The translations under genes and the position numbers were made by a program. From Mytilus trossulus (lineage: Eukaryota): 64,000 bases of DNA. The stretch lies in the NCBI RefSeq assembly GCF_036588685.1, contig NC_086384.1, forward strand, positions 41,168,001 through 41,232,000, written 5' to 3'. Each line of letters starts with the position of its first letter. The first letter of the stretch is position 1. This document shows, in pieces, positions 12,481 through 26,134 of this stretch. Under the pieces are notes generated by a model. It was not told the DNA's origin and did not search any database. It saw only the letters and a list, made by a program, of their open reading frames with translations.

Positions 12481-15400
12481 TCACGTTCGTAATGTCTTGA
12501 AAAACACATATATGTTAACTATATCAATGATAATGATTAAAGAGAACACAGCAACAATAATCAAAGCTCCAGTATATCCAATGTAAGCCGACGACGGTCG
12601 TGGGTCGTCCGCGCAAGTAAGGCGGCGGATTGTAGACGATAATACGTCTTTGTCCACTTCCAGCAGCTTTTTTAATTCTTTAATTCTCTGTTCAATATTT
12701 ATTGTTATGTTTAAAGATAAAGAACATGTGCATATGCAAAGACCATTTGTTGTTCTGGAAATTACACCCGTAGTAGTTTCCGTTATTTCTTGGTTGTAGG
12801 TTATTGTTTCTGTCAAGGTTGTTTCTGGGATATCATGATTAGAGGTCGTACTTATGACCATGTTTGTTGCAGTTGAAACCTGTTGATGCACAGTTGATGT
12901 TAACATGTCGTTTGATATTGATCCAGCTGTTGATGTTTGGGCTATTGATGGTTTGGCTGTTGTTGATTCAGCTGTTGAAATTGTGTTGGCTGTTGATACT
13001 ATGTCTGTTGTTGCTTGAGACGTTAGTATTTCTGAATAAAAGTACGGAGAAAGATTGGATACGATCTTAAAGCATGTTATTAATAATCTAATAATTAATA
13101 AGCTTATAATTGAATATTTTGAATGCAAAAACACTTCAATTCACCTTTTTGTCATCTTTTTATATATCTTATACTTGTGTTTGTTGGTTCGCTATCAAGA
13201 ATCAAAATAAAAGGAATGACATTAACGGCATATTAAGTTTAAATGCAGAAAATTAATATGTTTTTGGGCAGTTTTGAATAAAGAACGTTCATATTTGTCA
13301 CTTCTTTAACGAATCAGCAACACAATCCAAAAATTGATAATTCACAATTCACATATAAAGGAAAAAGAGCTCTCTCTTGATATGGATACGTAAATGCTCG
13401 AGTTGTGTAAATTTGCCAGATTGTATGTATTGAAGATCTAGATGTAAAAAAAAACTATGTAAATGAATATCCGGAACATCTTAACATCATTTGTAAATGC
13501 AATCGAAATTTCAAAATTTGCAATTAATAGACATGATAGCATTAATAATCTTACCTTCACAAACTGGTGAGCTACTATCCCATGTACCATCGATTAGACA
13601 AGTTCTCGTCAGATTCCCATACACCAACGCGTGTCCCATGTCACATGTGTAATGACACGTGTCACCATACATATCTCCAGTTTGACTTATCAACGTTGAT
13701 CCGCTGTTCACGATTGGTGTTTGACATGGTATGACTGAAAAATTCACCAAATTGTATGCGGGTCAGGATAGGATTTCACATTAGGGAATGGGGAGCAATG
13801 TGCAGAATAAGGGACAAAAATAGAAAGAATAAAACATAATGAGTGTTAAAATATAGGAAAAATAAAAATGATAGACAAAAAAATGTAAAGAATAGAAAAA
13901 CTGGCTAAACAAATTACAAAAATGATGGATCTTTACTCAGACCCTGATGTCCTGGCCCTAAAAGTAACTTTTATTCGAGTCAATTTCTTAAAGATTATTT
14001 ATTCTTAATTAAACTGTTTATATAGAACAGACTTAGATTTTGTCTTTCGTCTTAAAAAACTCATGCGTGACGCAAAAATAAAAAAAGATCAAACAAGTAC
14101 GAGGCGGAAGATTTAAATCTATATGGTAAAACTATAATAATTTTATATAATATAATAGGTAATTTTGTAATCTATTTATTATGCCCTAATTTATATTTCT
14201 ACAATCATCAACCTATTGTTTGTTACCGTTGAGCAATTTGGGCATGAGCGGTAAAACACCAAAGAAATCAAAATTGTAAAATATTTTCTGTTAACTTTGA
14301 TCAAATTGAAATAATCGGTAAAACACAAAAAAAAATATTTCTACAGTCATAAACTTACTTTCTGTTACTGTTGAGCAAATTGACATACGCAGTGATGAAC
14401 ATAAAGAATGTTTCCATAAACCATAGGGCTGCGAAATGGTGATACAATTTGTAATTATCAACTGGGTTTCCAAAGGATCCCAATTCGTCCAGTCTTGTGT
14501 CACTCCTTGATGGGTTTCCACTCCACCTGTGTTTTCTACATATCCTATATAGTAAGTCCCTAAAGTTGTTAGGCTTCTGTATCAAATGAATAAATAACTG
14601 CTTGAACTTTATACAAATAATTATACTACAACAGAGCAAGAAAAGTCGACGTGTGAGCAAAATTTGTTTCCGCAATATGTTTTGTCTTAATTGTTAAATG
14701 TATTGTTTAGTTTTAATTTATATGTGACTTAGAAGATTTAAGGTGCTTGGTCTCGCAACATGTAAGTGGTCTTTTCGATTCCTCCGAGTCTAAAACTATC
14801 CTTGATGCTTCTTGATTTCTGTATTATCATAATATGCTATTATTTCAAGAAATATGACGGAACGAAATAGTATTCTAGTTATTCAACTGGCTCATTTTTT
14901 TTAATGTAAAAACCAATTCTAACGTGAAAACAAACTGTCTGATTCATATTCAAACAAATGAAGAAATAAAAAAAAACCACCCCACACGTATGATATAAGA
15001 TAGTCCAGATTATCAGTGGAAAATTTGTAAGGCTGTAGACATTTCATTTGAACGAACTATTTTTCTCCCAATGATTTCGTACTTGCATTGACAATGTAGT
15101 TGTGATAAACATTTCCATTTCTTCTTTTTTTCAAGCTTAATCTTATATTGGTTACTAGAAATGTTTTGTGTTAACAACATACCGTATTTTCATTAGCCAA
15201 TTAACCACTCTCTGTGCTTCAAGATTTGGAATAATGGAATAGTCCAGTCCACATGCACCTACAGCCGTTCCAAGAGTAGTATCAATCCAATAACAGTATA
15301 GTTTTAACCCGGATGTGTATGAAACTCCATTTTCCCTACAGTCGCCATAGTCGAATTTGATAACTACAAAAAAAAGATAGTTTGTATACTGGTCCTGTCG

Positions 15401-18400
15401 GAAAGTAGTACATATTCAAAAAAGAAGTTCCTACGCATAGCTGTGTCTTTGTCATTTGGTGATATGTTTGGGTAGTTTTGGTATCAAATGAAAGCTTTTG
15501 GACCCATTTTGTCTGATAGAAACTTTATGTGTTTGTACTGTCAAACTTTCGGTAACCAGTACGCTCTAATATGCAATTTAAAACATTGATTTTTTTCAGC
15601 ATTAGTCAGGATAACATTGAAAGCAACGGGTTTATGAAAGAGCGGTTTTATACCTTTACTAGAATCACCTATTCGAGCACGTGTAAACGATTACGTGCGA
15701 AGGGAACATTTCAAATGGCGACCCTTTTTAGGTAAGGAAACACTTGATTTAGTATATCTTTAAGTTGTTGGAGTCAAATGCGCACTTTATAATAACTAAT
15801 CCTAAATATAATGCATATGAAAAAATAACTGACGCTACATATCTCATTAGCGGTCTTAAATATCAAAGTTGATCCTAAACATCCTTTTAGAAGAAAAAGA
15901 CCAAAATCGATCATGATTTATTTAGAAGAAAACAAATACAAATGCACAAAAGACCGTTAGAAACATAAGATACTTCAAATTCAATAAAAAACGAAGTTGA
16001 AAATGTTATAGAGGTTAAGCTAGCTTTAAAACAATGCACCACTTTCTATATAAGGAAAATTATGTACCAAGTCAAAAATATGACAAGTTTTTTTTCCATT
16101 CGTTTGATTTGTTTGAAATTTTGATTTTTAGAATTGATAAAGAATTTTCGATTTTGAATTTTCCCTGGACATCAGTACATATTTAATCTAGTTTATTTGT
16201 AAATATATAAGCTTTACTCTAACAGCGTGTATATGTATTATCTTAACACAGAAATTCCTTTATTTTATCAGAGTCTTCAAAAATGTACTGCTAATGAATT
16301 GTTTTGTTCTCGTACTTTAATTTTTCCGACGGTTTTCCAAATGCAGTGACTTTCACTTTGACACCTTTCGTTAGAAAATCGCACAGTGCAAAAATGTGCA
16401 CAATGAAATCGGATCACCTTCCAGGAGTCAGCACTTGTGTGTTCACATTAATTATCATTGATGTGACTATAACTATGAATTTACTGTTTACAAAACTTTG
16501 ATTGTTTTTAAATACTAAGGCTTTTCTACCTAAGGAATAGTTTACTGACGCTGTATTTGGCAAAACATTTATTACTTTTTGGTTCTCTATGCTCTTCGAC
16601 CTCGTTCTTTATTTGACCTTTTTAATTGTTGAATTATCTTTTGAAGACAAAACGCACGTCTGGTGCAAAAACAAAATTTCAATCCTGGTATCTATGATGA
16701 TTTATTCATATGACTTTAAAAACAAATAAAATTACCTAAAGAGCAGAAGGCTTCCCTGTAAAGCGTACAAGGTATGTCATCCCAATGTCCATCAATGAAG
16801 GCAACACATGTATTATTCGGGTCCATTGCGTCAGAAAACGCCGAATAAGACTGCGGCTTTCCATTTACGTCTATAACTGTGTACTGTGTGGGTGTTGTGT
16901 AATTTAATGTGTATCCAATATGGTATATAGCCCCGCTCGAAGATCCCCTTTAAAATAAGATTCCTCGAATATTAACATGATTAATTATGCTTGTATATCT
17001 GAGTTATGACTCATTTAGATATTTTTCTTTTCTATTTCATTTTTCTATTTTCTTAATGCATTTCTTTATTTATTCATTTTAATGTTTAATTTTGAATGCA
17101 AAATAATCGAGCCTTCATTCGAACATTGTTACCTGTTGAGCCATTATATTGCAATAACATGTGTTTCTTTAAGATACAGAGGAAGAGTTTGATACGCATC
17201 GTGAAATGCTCCTTTGATGAATTATTCTGAGTTAATGTAAGCAGTGGAGTTAACATTTGATAGCTCATAATATGGTTAAATATCGCGCTTAATTTTACTC
17301 GGTTGTTCTATAACACTTTCACGTTAACAGCGGTCTAGTATTGACAGTTCAATGCCAATAACAATTAATAGAAACTCATGCATCTACTTTAACGTCTAAT
17401 CGACTGTGTCCTCTTTCCTGCATTGCTGACCTTTACATTACTTATCTTGTAACTGTTAGAATTTTATTCACGATTCTTTAAAATATAATTACTATACCTA
17501 TCACTTGAGGTTTCAGGCGTGTTTTCCTACCTTTGTAACGCTAACTGGTGTAAAATATAATTACTATACCTATAACTTGAGGTTTCACGACTGTTTTCGT
17601 ACCTTTGTAACGCTAACTGGTGTAAAATATGATCTGCACCACTATCAGGTACCCATGCGTAATCAAACATTCCACAGTGACCCGTGCTATGTTGCTGAGG
17701 AGAAAAGTCAATCCAATTGCATATGACATAGTTCTTATATGTATAAGAAGCTCCCATCAATTGGCAATCTTCGTAATTGAATGTTGGTACTATGAAAAAT
17801 AATATAAAATATAGACAAAAGTTATATAAGCTCTCAATCAGAGTACAAGGCAGTCCTCTAATAAACAGAGGCGCGAATGTAATCGTCTACATTGTATTAA
17901 TATCATAAAGCATTTTTAAATGTTTATATTTTTTATTCATAGAAAAATTAAAATAATCCGTTTTAGAATCTAATCAAAACCAGGTTGTATTTTCAAAACG
18001 GGTAAGTTTCGATTGATGTGAATTTACAACAATTGAAATTCAACCAATGGCGTCATGATACTTTGTACATTAAAATCACTCATAGTACATTAGATTCTGC
18101 AACGACTGTGCGATAAATTATGATCAGATCATGTTCATGTATAACTGTATAATAACATACTAAATTTTATGTTTTCAATATATAACTGAGTTGAATCAGT
18201 AAGTATTGATAACATTCAGATTAATCTCCGTGTAATTTATTTGTGTATGGTTATTTTGTTCAGTAGCATATAGTTATTGGTAATTAAGTGGATCCGAAGC
18301 AAACATCAGCTAAATTAATTTGGATTCGCTATCGAGTAGATTGATATTTAAAGTCATAAGATATATGTACAGCTTTTGTCGATCGAGGGACCTCTCTGGT

Positions 18401-21400
18401 TGGAAGTTTATTTTCAGTAATCACTAACCGTTCACGAGTGCTCAACCTCTCTTAGCCTGTGATTCGGTCTATTCGGTCTATTTTAGTGTATGCATCATTC
18501 ACATAACAAAAAAATAAGTGTTCGCATTCTCGGTTTACTTTAGGGGTGAAAAAACCGCCCATCAATCATTCATTTGTAAAAACTTGGAAACTTAAGGTTT
18601 TAGTAGCATAAACCAACATGTTGTTTAGTGGTTGTCGTTTGTTGATGTTGAACTTAAGTGTTTCTCGTTTCTCATTTTTTGTGTATATAGATTAGACTGT
18701 TGGTTTTCCTGTTCGAATTGTTTTACACTAGTTATTTGTGAGTCATTTATAGCTTGTTGTCCTGTCGCAGCCAATGCTACGTATTGAATGCCGTATTTTG
18801 ACCCATAATGGTTTACTTTTACAATTTGTCTCATTGGCACTCGTATCCAAATCTTCTTTTTTATGTCGACAACCGGTTGATAATGCATGAGCGGGCTATA
18901 TATTTGATTGTTTCTTGGGGATCTTTGGTTTGCCATTTACTATTTAAATATGTCTGTGGATATAGTATGACGAATAACGCACACAGAGCATAAAATGCTT
19001 ACCATGTTGATTCACATTTTCTTACTCTGTTGAAGAGGCCCGTCATAGGGGTGTCTAAATAATCACATAATCACAATGTTTTCCCAACATATTCACAGAA
19101 TCATTATATTTTTTGAAACAAGAAAATAGATTGATAAAAAACAGTCCTGTATTATCAAATAATCAAATAATCGTGAAACATTTTGTCAAGTAATTATCAC
19201 TATAAACACGACCATGAAATCGCATAATCAAGCAACCAATGAGGAAGCTCGTTAAAGTCATATGAAACTTTAAATTATTTAAAATGTTGTATACACTTGT
19301 AATGAATGCTTTATTATCTGATCATAAAAAAAAGTACTAGAACACACCCACAATATCCGTTAACAAATTTAAAACTGTACATACGCCTTATTTTTATTTA
19401 AGATTCCTACTGTTTGTATTGTCATTTTCTAAATTAAGTCATGCTGATTAAAATAGTACAAAATGAAATATTGTGACAATGATTTGAATTCAGTTGCCTT
19501 AACTCTGGGATTTTGACTCGTGTATATAGCAAATCAAAAAAACACCGTTTGGTGGTGCGCCTGACAGATGCGGAAAATACAGATAAGGTGATTATATGTA
19601 ACATGTGACATTAAATGACATGACTATAAAAAGGAAATCGCATCAGATAGATTCGGAACTTAAAAATTTGTCTAATTGCTTATTGTTTGAAACAGTTACG
19701 ATGTAAAAGGGTAACATTTTTATATGAAGTATATATAACTTTATATAAGTTTGACCTGTAGCTTTCTTTGGTTTAATGTTTATAATGTGAACAAAAACGG
19801 TATTTGAATTTAGAAGTCTAGATACGTGGACGTTTCTGTAGAATAAAATCCTTTATCTGATAAAAATCCTTAGAACGTACTGATGTTGGAATATTGTCTT
19901 CCCGTATATTTATTCACCGATATTTCGCCGTATGTAATAACATTAGGAAATAGATCGAACGTATGAACTTTTGGCACCGCACAGCGCATGTGCGAGAGAA
20001 AAACCGTGATGACAGAAAAAAACGTGATGAAATAATGTAAATAAACTTAAAGTGTAGGATAAATTTTACAAAAACAAATTAAATACACTAAATAATTTAA
20101 CAACTGTTAAGGATAAGTTTAATAAACAAATATGAATGTATGGAAAATATAATAAAAAAATATATACAGAATGTTATAAATTCAATGATTTCCCGCATAC
20201 TTCACAATTCTATGTTGATTGATATTAAGTGTCACAATCCGGAAACCTTCGACAAACAACTCGAAAGATAATTAGTTTGCGATTCAAAAAACACTTAATG
20301 AAATATTAATTGTCGATACTACGTTATCGATTCGTAATGAATGTTGAAAAAAACGTACATTAAGGACTTAATTATTATACGCAAAAAAAAAATCGAGAAT
20401 GGAAATGGAGATTATGTCAGAGAGACAACAACCCGATCAAACAGCAGATAGGTATCGTTTCAATAATTTCCATTACAACTCATACCTGCGCTGTATGGAA
20501 ATTGATCGACCTATGCAAGTTTACATGCATAAAACTTTGATTGATTTTTAAATATTCAAATATGAAATAAGATATTATTTTTTTCTGTTTTGTAGGTTTC
20601 TTATATCAACTAAATTTTTAACAGTTACAGACTATGCGTAGAGACTTATTTAGCCAAAATAGAAGTAGGTTAATAGATGTATTGTTATACATTTGCATAA
20701 GGTCTGATTCTATTCGACACAACTCTCATTATAATTATTAATAATACTCGCTTCATATGTATTTACGAATTAGTGCTATTCTGTTGTTTTTCTCCCCTCC
20801 TTCGTTTAAATTGTTTAAATTTATAATTCGTAAAGTTGTGTATTGCGCTATGGCCTTAACGTTGCTTACTTTTCAAGCCATGTTGACCTAATGCATGTTT
20901 ATGACCCTCAAAAGGGGAATATATTTTTCGTTGTGTGCGTGCGTTAATTCGTTTGTTCGTTCGTTCATCCGTGCTGCCGTCTATCCCGTCCAAAGTTAGA
21001 GGTTTTTTTCTAGGTCTTTTCTTAATGAATCTGAAGTCTGATCAATTTTAAACCAAGTACACATGTTCCCTATGATATGATCTTTTTAATGTCAATGCCA
21101 ATATAGTGTTGACCCTACTATCATGGATATAGGAAGATGTGGTGTGAGTGCCAATGAGACAACTCTCCATCCAAATAACAATTTAAAAAGTAAACCATTA
21201 TAGGTTAAAGTACGGCCTTCAACACGGAGCCTTGGCTCACAACGAACATCATGGTCCACTTAACATAGATACATACAATGACAGTGAGAGTAGGGCATAC
21301 GTGTATTTTTGATTGTTAAACAATAATCACAATATTTTCCCAACATATTCACATAAATTAATAAAAAACACAGTTCTAGATGGTCAAATAATCAAATAAT

Positions 21401-24400
21401 CGTAAAATGTTAATGTCTACTTATCATCACTATACACAAGACCAAGTATTCACATAATCAAAAACACAATAAATAGGGTAATTAAAGTCATATGAAACTT
21501 CAATTTAAAAAAAATAAAATTGGTGCGATTTATATACTTTATAAGTTTACGGGACTTTCCTGTGAAATAAAATCCTTTATCGTATGAAAATCTTAAGAAA
21601 TGTACTGATGTAGGAATACTGCCTCCCGTATACTAATTCGCCGATATTTGTCCATATGTAGTAACCGTAAGACGTACAAGATCGTGTATGATAACTTGTG
21701 GCCCCACATTTCGCACGATCAATAATACCAATTCAATGACTTTCCCCTTACTCCACGATTCTGTTTTGATTGCTCATCAGTATCACAATCTGGAAAACTC
21801 CGACAAAAACTCGAAAGATAATTAGAGCGCTATTTCAAAATCACTTCATGAAATTTTAATTGTGAATGAAACGTTACAGATTTCTGAATATTGAAAAAAA
21901 AACGTGCATAAAGGACTTAATTTTTATACCCAATAAAATCAAGAATGGAAATTGATATTATATCAAAGAGCAAACAACCCGATCAAACAGCAGATATGCA
22001 TGTATCGGTTCAATAATTTCCATTACAAGTCAGACCTGCGCTGGATAGAAATCGACCTGTGCAAATATTCATGAATCAGATTTTGATTTGATTTTTAAAT
22101 ATTGAAATACGGAATAAAAGATTGATTTGTTCTATTTTGTAGGTTCATTATATCACCTAAATTTTAAAACAGTTACAGACTATGCGTAGAGGTTTATCTA
22201 CACGACATAAATTAATAGATGTTATACATTTTTATAAGGTCGAGTTCTTTTCGACACAGCTCTCATTATAATTATAGGAAACTCGTTTAATATGACCTTA
22301 CGAATTAATGCTATTCTGTTTTTTCTCTCTCCAATTCTTCGTTTAAATTGTTTAATTTCATAATTCGTAATGTTTCGTATTGTGCTATTACCTTAACGTT
22401 GCTTTCTTTTTAAGCGATGTCGACCAAATATATAGTTTTATGCCTCTTATAAGGAAATTATGTTTTCGGTATGTGCGTGGGTTTAGTCGTTTGTTCGTTT
22501 GTTCGTCAGTCTTTCCCATTAGATAGCGGTATCTAAGTAATCACACAATCAATGTTTTGCTAACATATAACATATTAACATATAATTTTTTTTTTTTTAA
22601 ACAAGATGATTTAATAATCAAAAATACAGTCCTAGATTATCAAACACTCAAATAATTGTGTTTTTTTGTTGTTTTTTTCCATTAAAACTAAGTTTTGTTA
22701 ACATATTTACATTTGTTAATATATACATCAAATACCGGTACCTTATCCCGGCCTCGTTAAATAATTGTAAAATATTTTGGTCTGTAAATATCACTTTAAA
22801 TACGACCAAGTAATCAGATAATAACAAAACCCATGAAGAGTCAAATAAAACTACAAATTAAAAGAAAGTTGAAAGTGTTTTATATACTTGAATGGCTATA
22901 AGCTTTATTATAAAACAAGTATACGTAGACTATGCTGTATAATAAAAACTTTTATCTTATAAAATTCTTTAGAAATGTATTGGTGTTGGAATATATATTG
23001 TCTTCCCGTATACTAATTCGCAGATATTTTCCCGTATGTTGTAATATTAGGAAATAGATCGTACGTGATAACTTTTGAAACTTCTTGCGCATATGCCGCG
23101 AGAGAAAAACTGTAGGACAGAAAGTGATGACAGAAAGTAAACAAACGTACACTTTAGGATAAATAGTTATTATTAATTTCACAAAAACAAATTAAATTCA
23201 ATGATTTTTTGCCTACTTTACAATTCTGTGTTGATTGCTCATCAATGTCACTATCCGGAAAACTTCGACAAAAACTCGACAGATAATTAGTTTGCGATTT
23301 CAAAATCTCTTCATGAAATATTAATTGTCGATAATACGTTATAGATTTGTAATGAATGTTAAAAAAAAAACGTGCATTAAAGACTTGATTATTATACGCA
23401 AAAAAATCCAGAATGGAAATAACTATGTTAAAGGGCCAACAACCCGACCAAAAACAACAGATATGCATGTATTGGTTCAATAATTTCCATTACAAGTCAT
23501 AGATGCGCTGGATTGGTGTTTGAATATATATATTGTCTTCCCGTACACTAATTCGCAGATAGTTCCCGTATACAATAACATAAGGAAATAGATCGTACGT
23601 GAGAACTTTTGGTAGTGCTTGCGCATGTGCCGCGAAAGAAAAACTGTGATGACGGAAAGTGATGACAGAAAGTAAACAAACGTAGACTATAGGATAAATA
23701 GTAATTATTGATTTTACAAAAACAAATTAAATACACTAAATAATATAACAACTGTTAGGGTTCAGTTTAAAAAATAATATTAACGCATGATAAAATAAAA
23801 AAATATATAGAATATTTCCAATTCAATGATTTTCCGCGTACTTCACAATTCTGTGGTAATTGCTAATCAGTGTCACAATCCGAAAAACTTCGACAAAAAA
23901 CTCGAAAAATAATTAGTTTGCGATCAAAAAAATTACCGAATGAAATATTAATTGTCGATAATACGTTACATATTCTTAATAAAAGTTGTTGTAAACACGT
24001 GCATTTAGGACTTAATTATGATACATAATAAGATCGAGAATGGAAATGGAGATTGTCAAAGGGACAACAACCCGATCAAACAACAGATAGGCATGTATTG
24101 GTTTAAAAATTTCCATTACAAGTCAGACCTGCGCTGGATAGTGAAATCAATCTATGCAAATATTTATGCATCAGATTTTGATTGATTTTAAATATTGAAA
24201 TACGAAATCAAAGATGAATTTTGTTCTGTTTTGTAGGTTTATTATATCACCTGAATTTGAAAACTGTTACAGACTATGCGTAGAGGTTTACCTACACGAC
24301 ATTAGTAAATAGACGTATTGTTATTATTCATTTACATAAAGTCGATTTCTATTCGACATAGCTCTCATTATAATTATAAGAAACTCGTTTCATATGATCT

Positions 24401-25699
24401 TACGAATTGATGCTATTTTGTTTTCCCCATCCTTCGTTTAAATTGGTTAACTTTATAATTCGTAAAATTTTGTATTGTGCATTTACCTTAACCTTGCTTT
24501 CTTTTAAAACGATGTTGACCCAATGCATATGTTTATGCCTCTCATAAGGAGATTATGTTTTTCGGTCTGTGTGTGTGCGTTTAGGCGTTCGTTCGTTTAT
24601 TCCTCCGCCTTTCCGTCTGTCCCGTCCCAAGTAATAGTTTTTGTTCGAGATATTTTTTGATGAATTTGAAGACTGATTAATTTGTAACCTAGTACTCATG
24701 TTCTTTATGATATGTTCTTTTTTAATGTTAATGCCAATGTAGTTTTGACCCCAAATATCATTGTTCACTTAACATAGACATAAAACAGGATAATGCGAGT
24801 GAGGCATCCGTGTACTATGGACGCATTATTGTTCGTATTCTTTTGAGATCCTCTTGTTTCAATAATTTCCAACATTTTCGGTGTATTACTTTCAAAGCAT
24901 TTAGTCTCCAGCTTACGTTCTTGTTGGAGGGTTTCAGTAATCGCGTGTAATATGCAGGAAAATTTTATCTTAATGTTATTCTTAGACCAATGATATCTAA
25001 TGATATATTCATATTTTTTGTTTGGATTTAATGCCACTTTTAGCAGCCTTTGGTGATATTTTTTATTGGAAGAGGTACATGAAGTAACCAGCGAAAACCA
25101 CTGATCTTCTGATAACGTAGAAACACTGGCAATTCTAGTAAATCAATATAAAAGAGGGACAAAAGATAACAGAGGGACAGTCAAACTCATAAGTCGAAAA
25201 TAAACTGACAATGCCATGGCTAAAAATGAAAGATACAAACAGACAAACAATAGTACACATGACACAACATAAAAATAAAAAAAACTAAAGAATACACAAC
25301 ACGAACCCCACAAAAAACTAGGGGTGATATCAGGTTCTCTTGAAGGGTACGCAGATCCTGATCCACATGTGGCACGCTTCGAACATATCTAGTATGAACG
25401 TGATTTGAACAGACAATTACATTTGTAAGTGCTTACAGGCTAGTGATTACTGTAAATAATCTATTTGACCACTTGAACACCGAAGTACCTAGTGGTATTT
25501 TAAGTACTAGAATGAGGTTAATATTTATAAAATATAAAGTCTGAAATCTTTGGCGAGTTTTCTTCTTTTTTTTTTATTTTACAATACCAGTATTTTCTTA
25601 ATAATACTTACGATTTACTTGACAAAATCCTACTTTCCACATAAAGAAAAAAATGCATGCCGGAAAATGAAATATTTTGAAAATATTGTTGATAACCAT
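12481..25699 (-). CDS. Lectin-like receptor paralogue A, ~538 aa: signal peptide, CTLD, CTLD, Sushi/CCP, Thr-rich stalk, CxCxC, coiled coil, conserved tail/TM. Exons 25699-25612, 17789-17603, 16947-16736, 15363-15183, 14576-14359, 13734-13555, 13031-12481
   Basis: All GT-AG with phases 1,2,1,2,1,1; 1617 nt = 539 codons. Leader MVINNIFKIFHFPACIFFFMWKVGFC-QVN. CTLD Cys pattern with YHIGY/YYIGY and C..W..C..C. Sushi CxxP..CHYTC..G..RTC..G.W..P.C. Exon-by-exon homology to paralogue B. Confidence 0.85.
13555..13734 (-). CDS. Sushi/CCP domain exon, paralogue A
   Basis: 180 nt, phase 1-1; CQTP...GDTCHYTCDMGH.L.GN.TRTC..DGTW....PVC. Confidence 0.9.
17479..17630. repeat. 72-bp tandem duplication spanning the end and donor of the first CTLD exon of paralogue A
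   Basis: ACCTTTGTAACGCTAACTGGTGTAAAATAT at 17529 and 17601. Confidence 0.9.
19035..24830. repeat. Three diverged tandem kb-scale units (about 19035-21310, 21320-22520, 22530-24830, the last with an internal re-duplication) in the first coding intron of paralogue A
   Basis: Recurring blocks such as TTACAGACTATGCGTAGAG at ~20625, 22172, 24267 and CAACCCGATCAAACA at ~20428, 21975, 24068. Units end in a (GTTC/GTCC)n-containing short element. Confidence 0.8.
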
Positions 25700-25979
25700 T
25701 TCAATATGTTTACACTACATATAAGAATATTATTTAATCAAGCTGGTTCTTGGCTGTCTTCTACACTTGTTAATTAGCGAGCGTTAATGACAAGCAGATT
25801 TCAGTTCATTACGTAACTTCTCAGTTGTTCGTTACATAAAACGATAGAAAACGCTGCTACCACCAGCTAAGTGAAAGAGATCAAATATTATCACATTAGA
25901 AAACTATCCCATTGTCTATAGTATATAAGCTATAAATTTCATCAATTGAATGTCCCATGCATTTATTTTGTTAACGTAC

Positions 25980-26134
25980 CTTTTACTGTTCAAAGCTTTC
26001 AGGAAATAGTCATCGATTTTATCATTTGTTTTTATTGGTAATCTGAATTTTTAATTTGATTTGTTCAGAAGATGAAATGTTTGATTCAATGACTGTCAGA
26101 TTTTCTAACAATAAGTATACAGGTACAAAATTAT
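25980..26134 (-). other. Probable non-coding 5'UTR exon of paralogue A
   Basis: tttctatag| acceptor and GTAAAAG|gt donor; homologous in sequence, length and boundaries to 41174-41329; no open frame across it. Confidence 0.5.

Noticed and set aside
19003-19005. ATG|GTAAG as the first coding exon of paralogue A
   Set aside because: Phase 0 does not fit the phase-1 acceptor at 17789. The exon at 25699-25612 fits and is homologous to the paralogue B leader.
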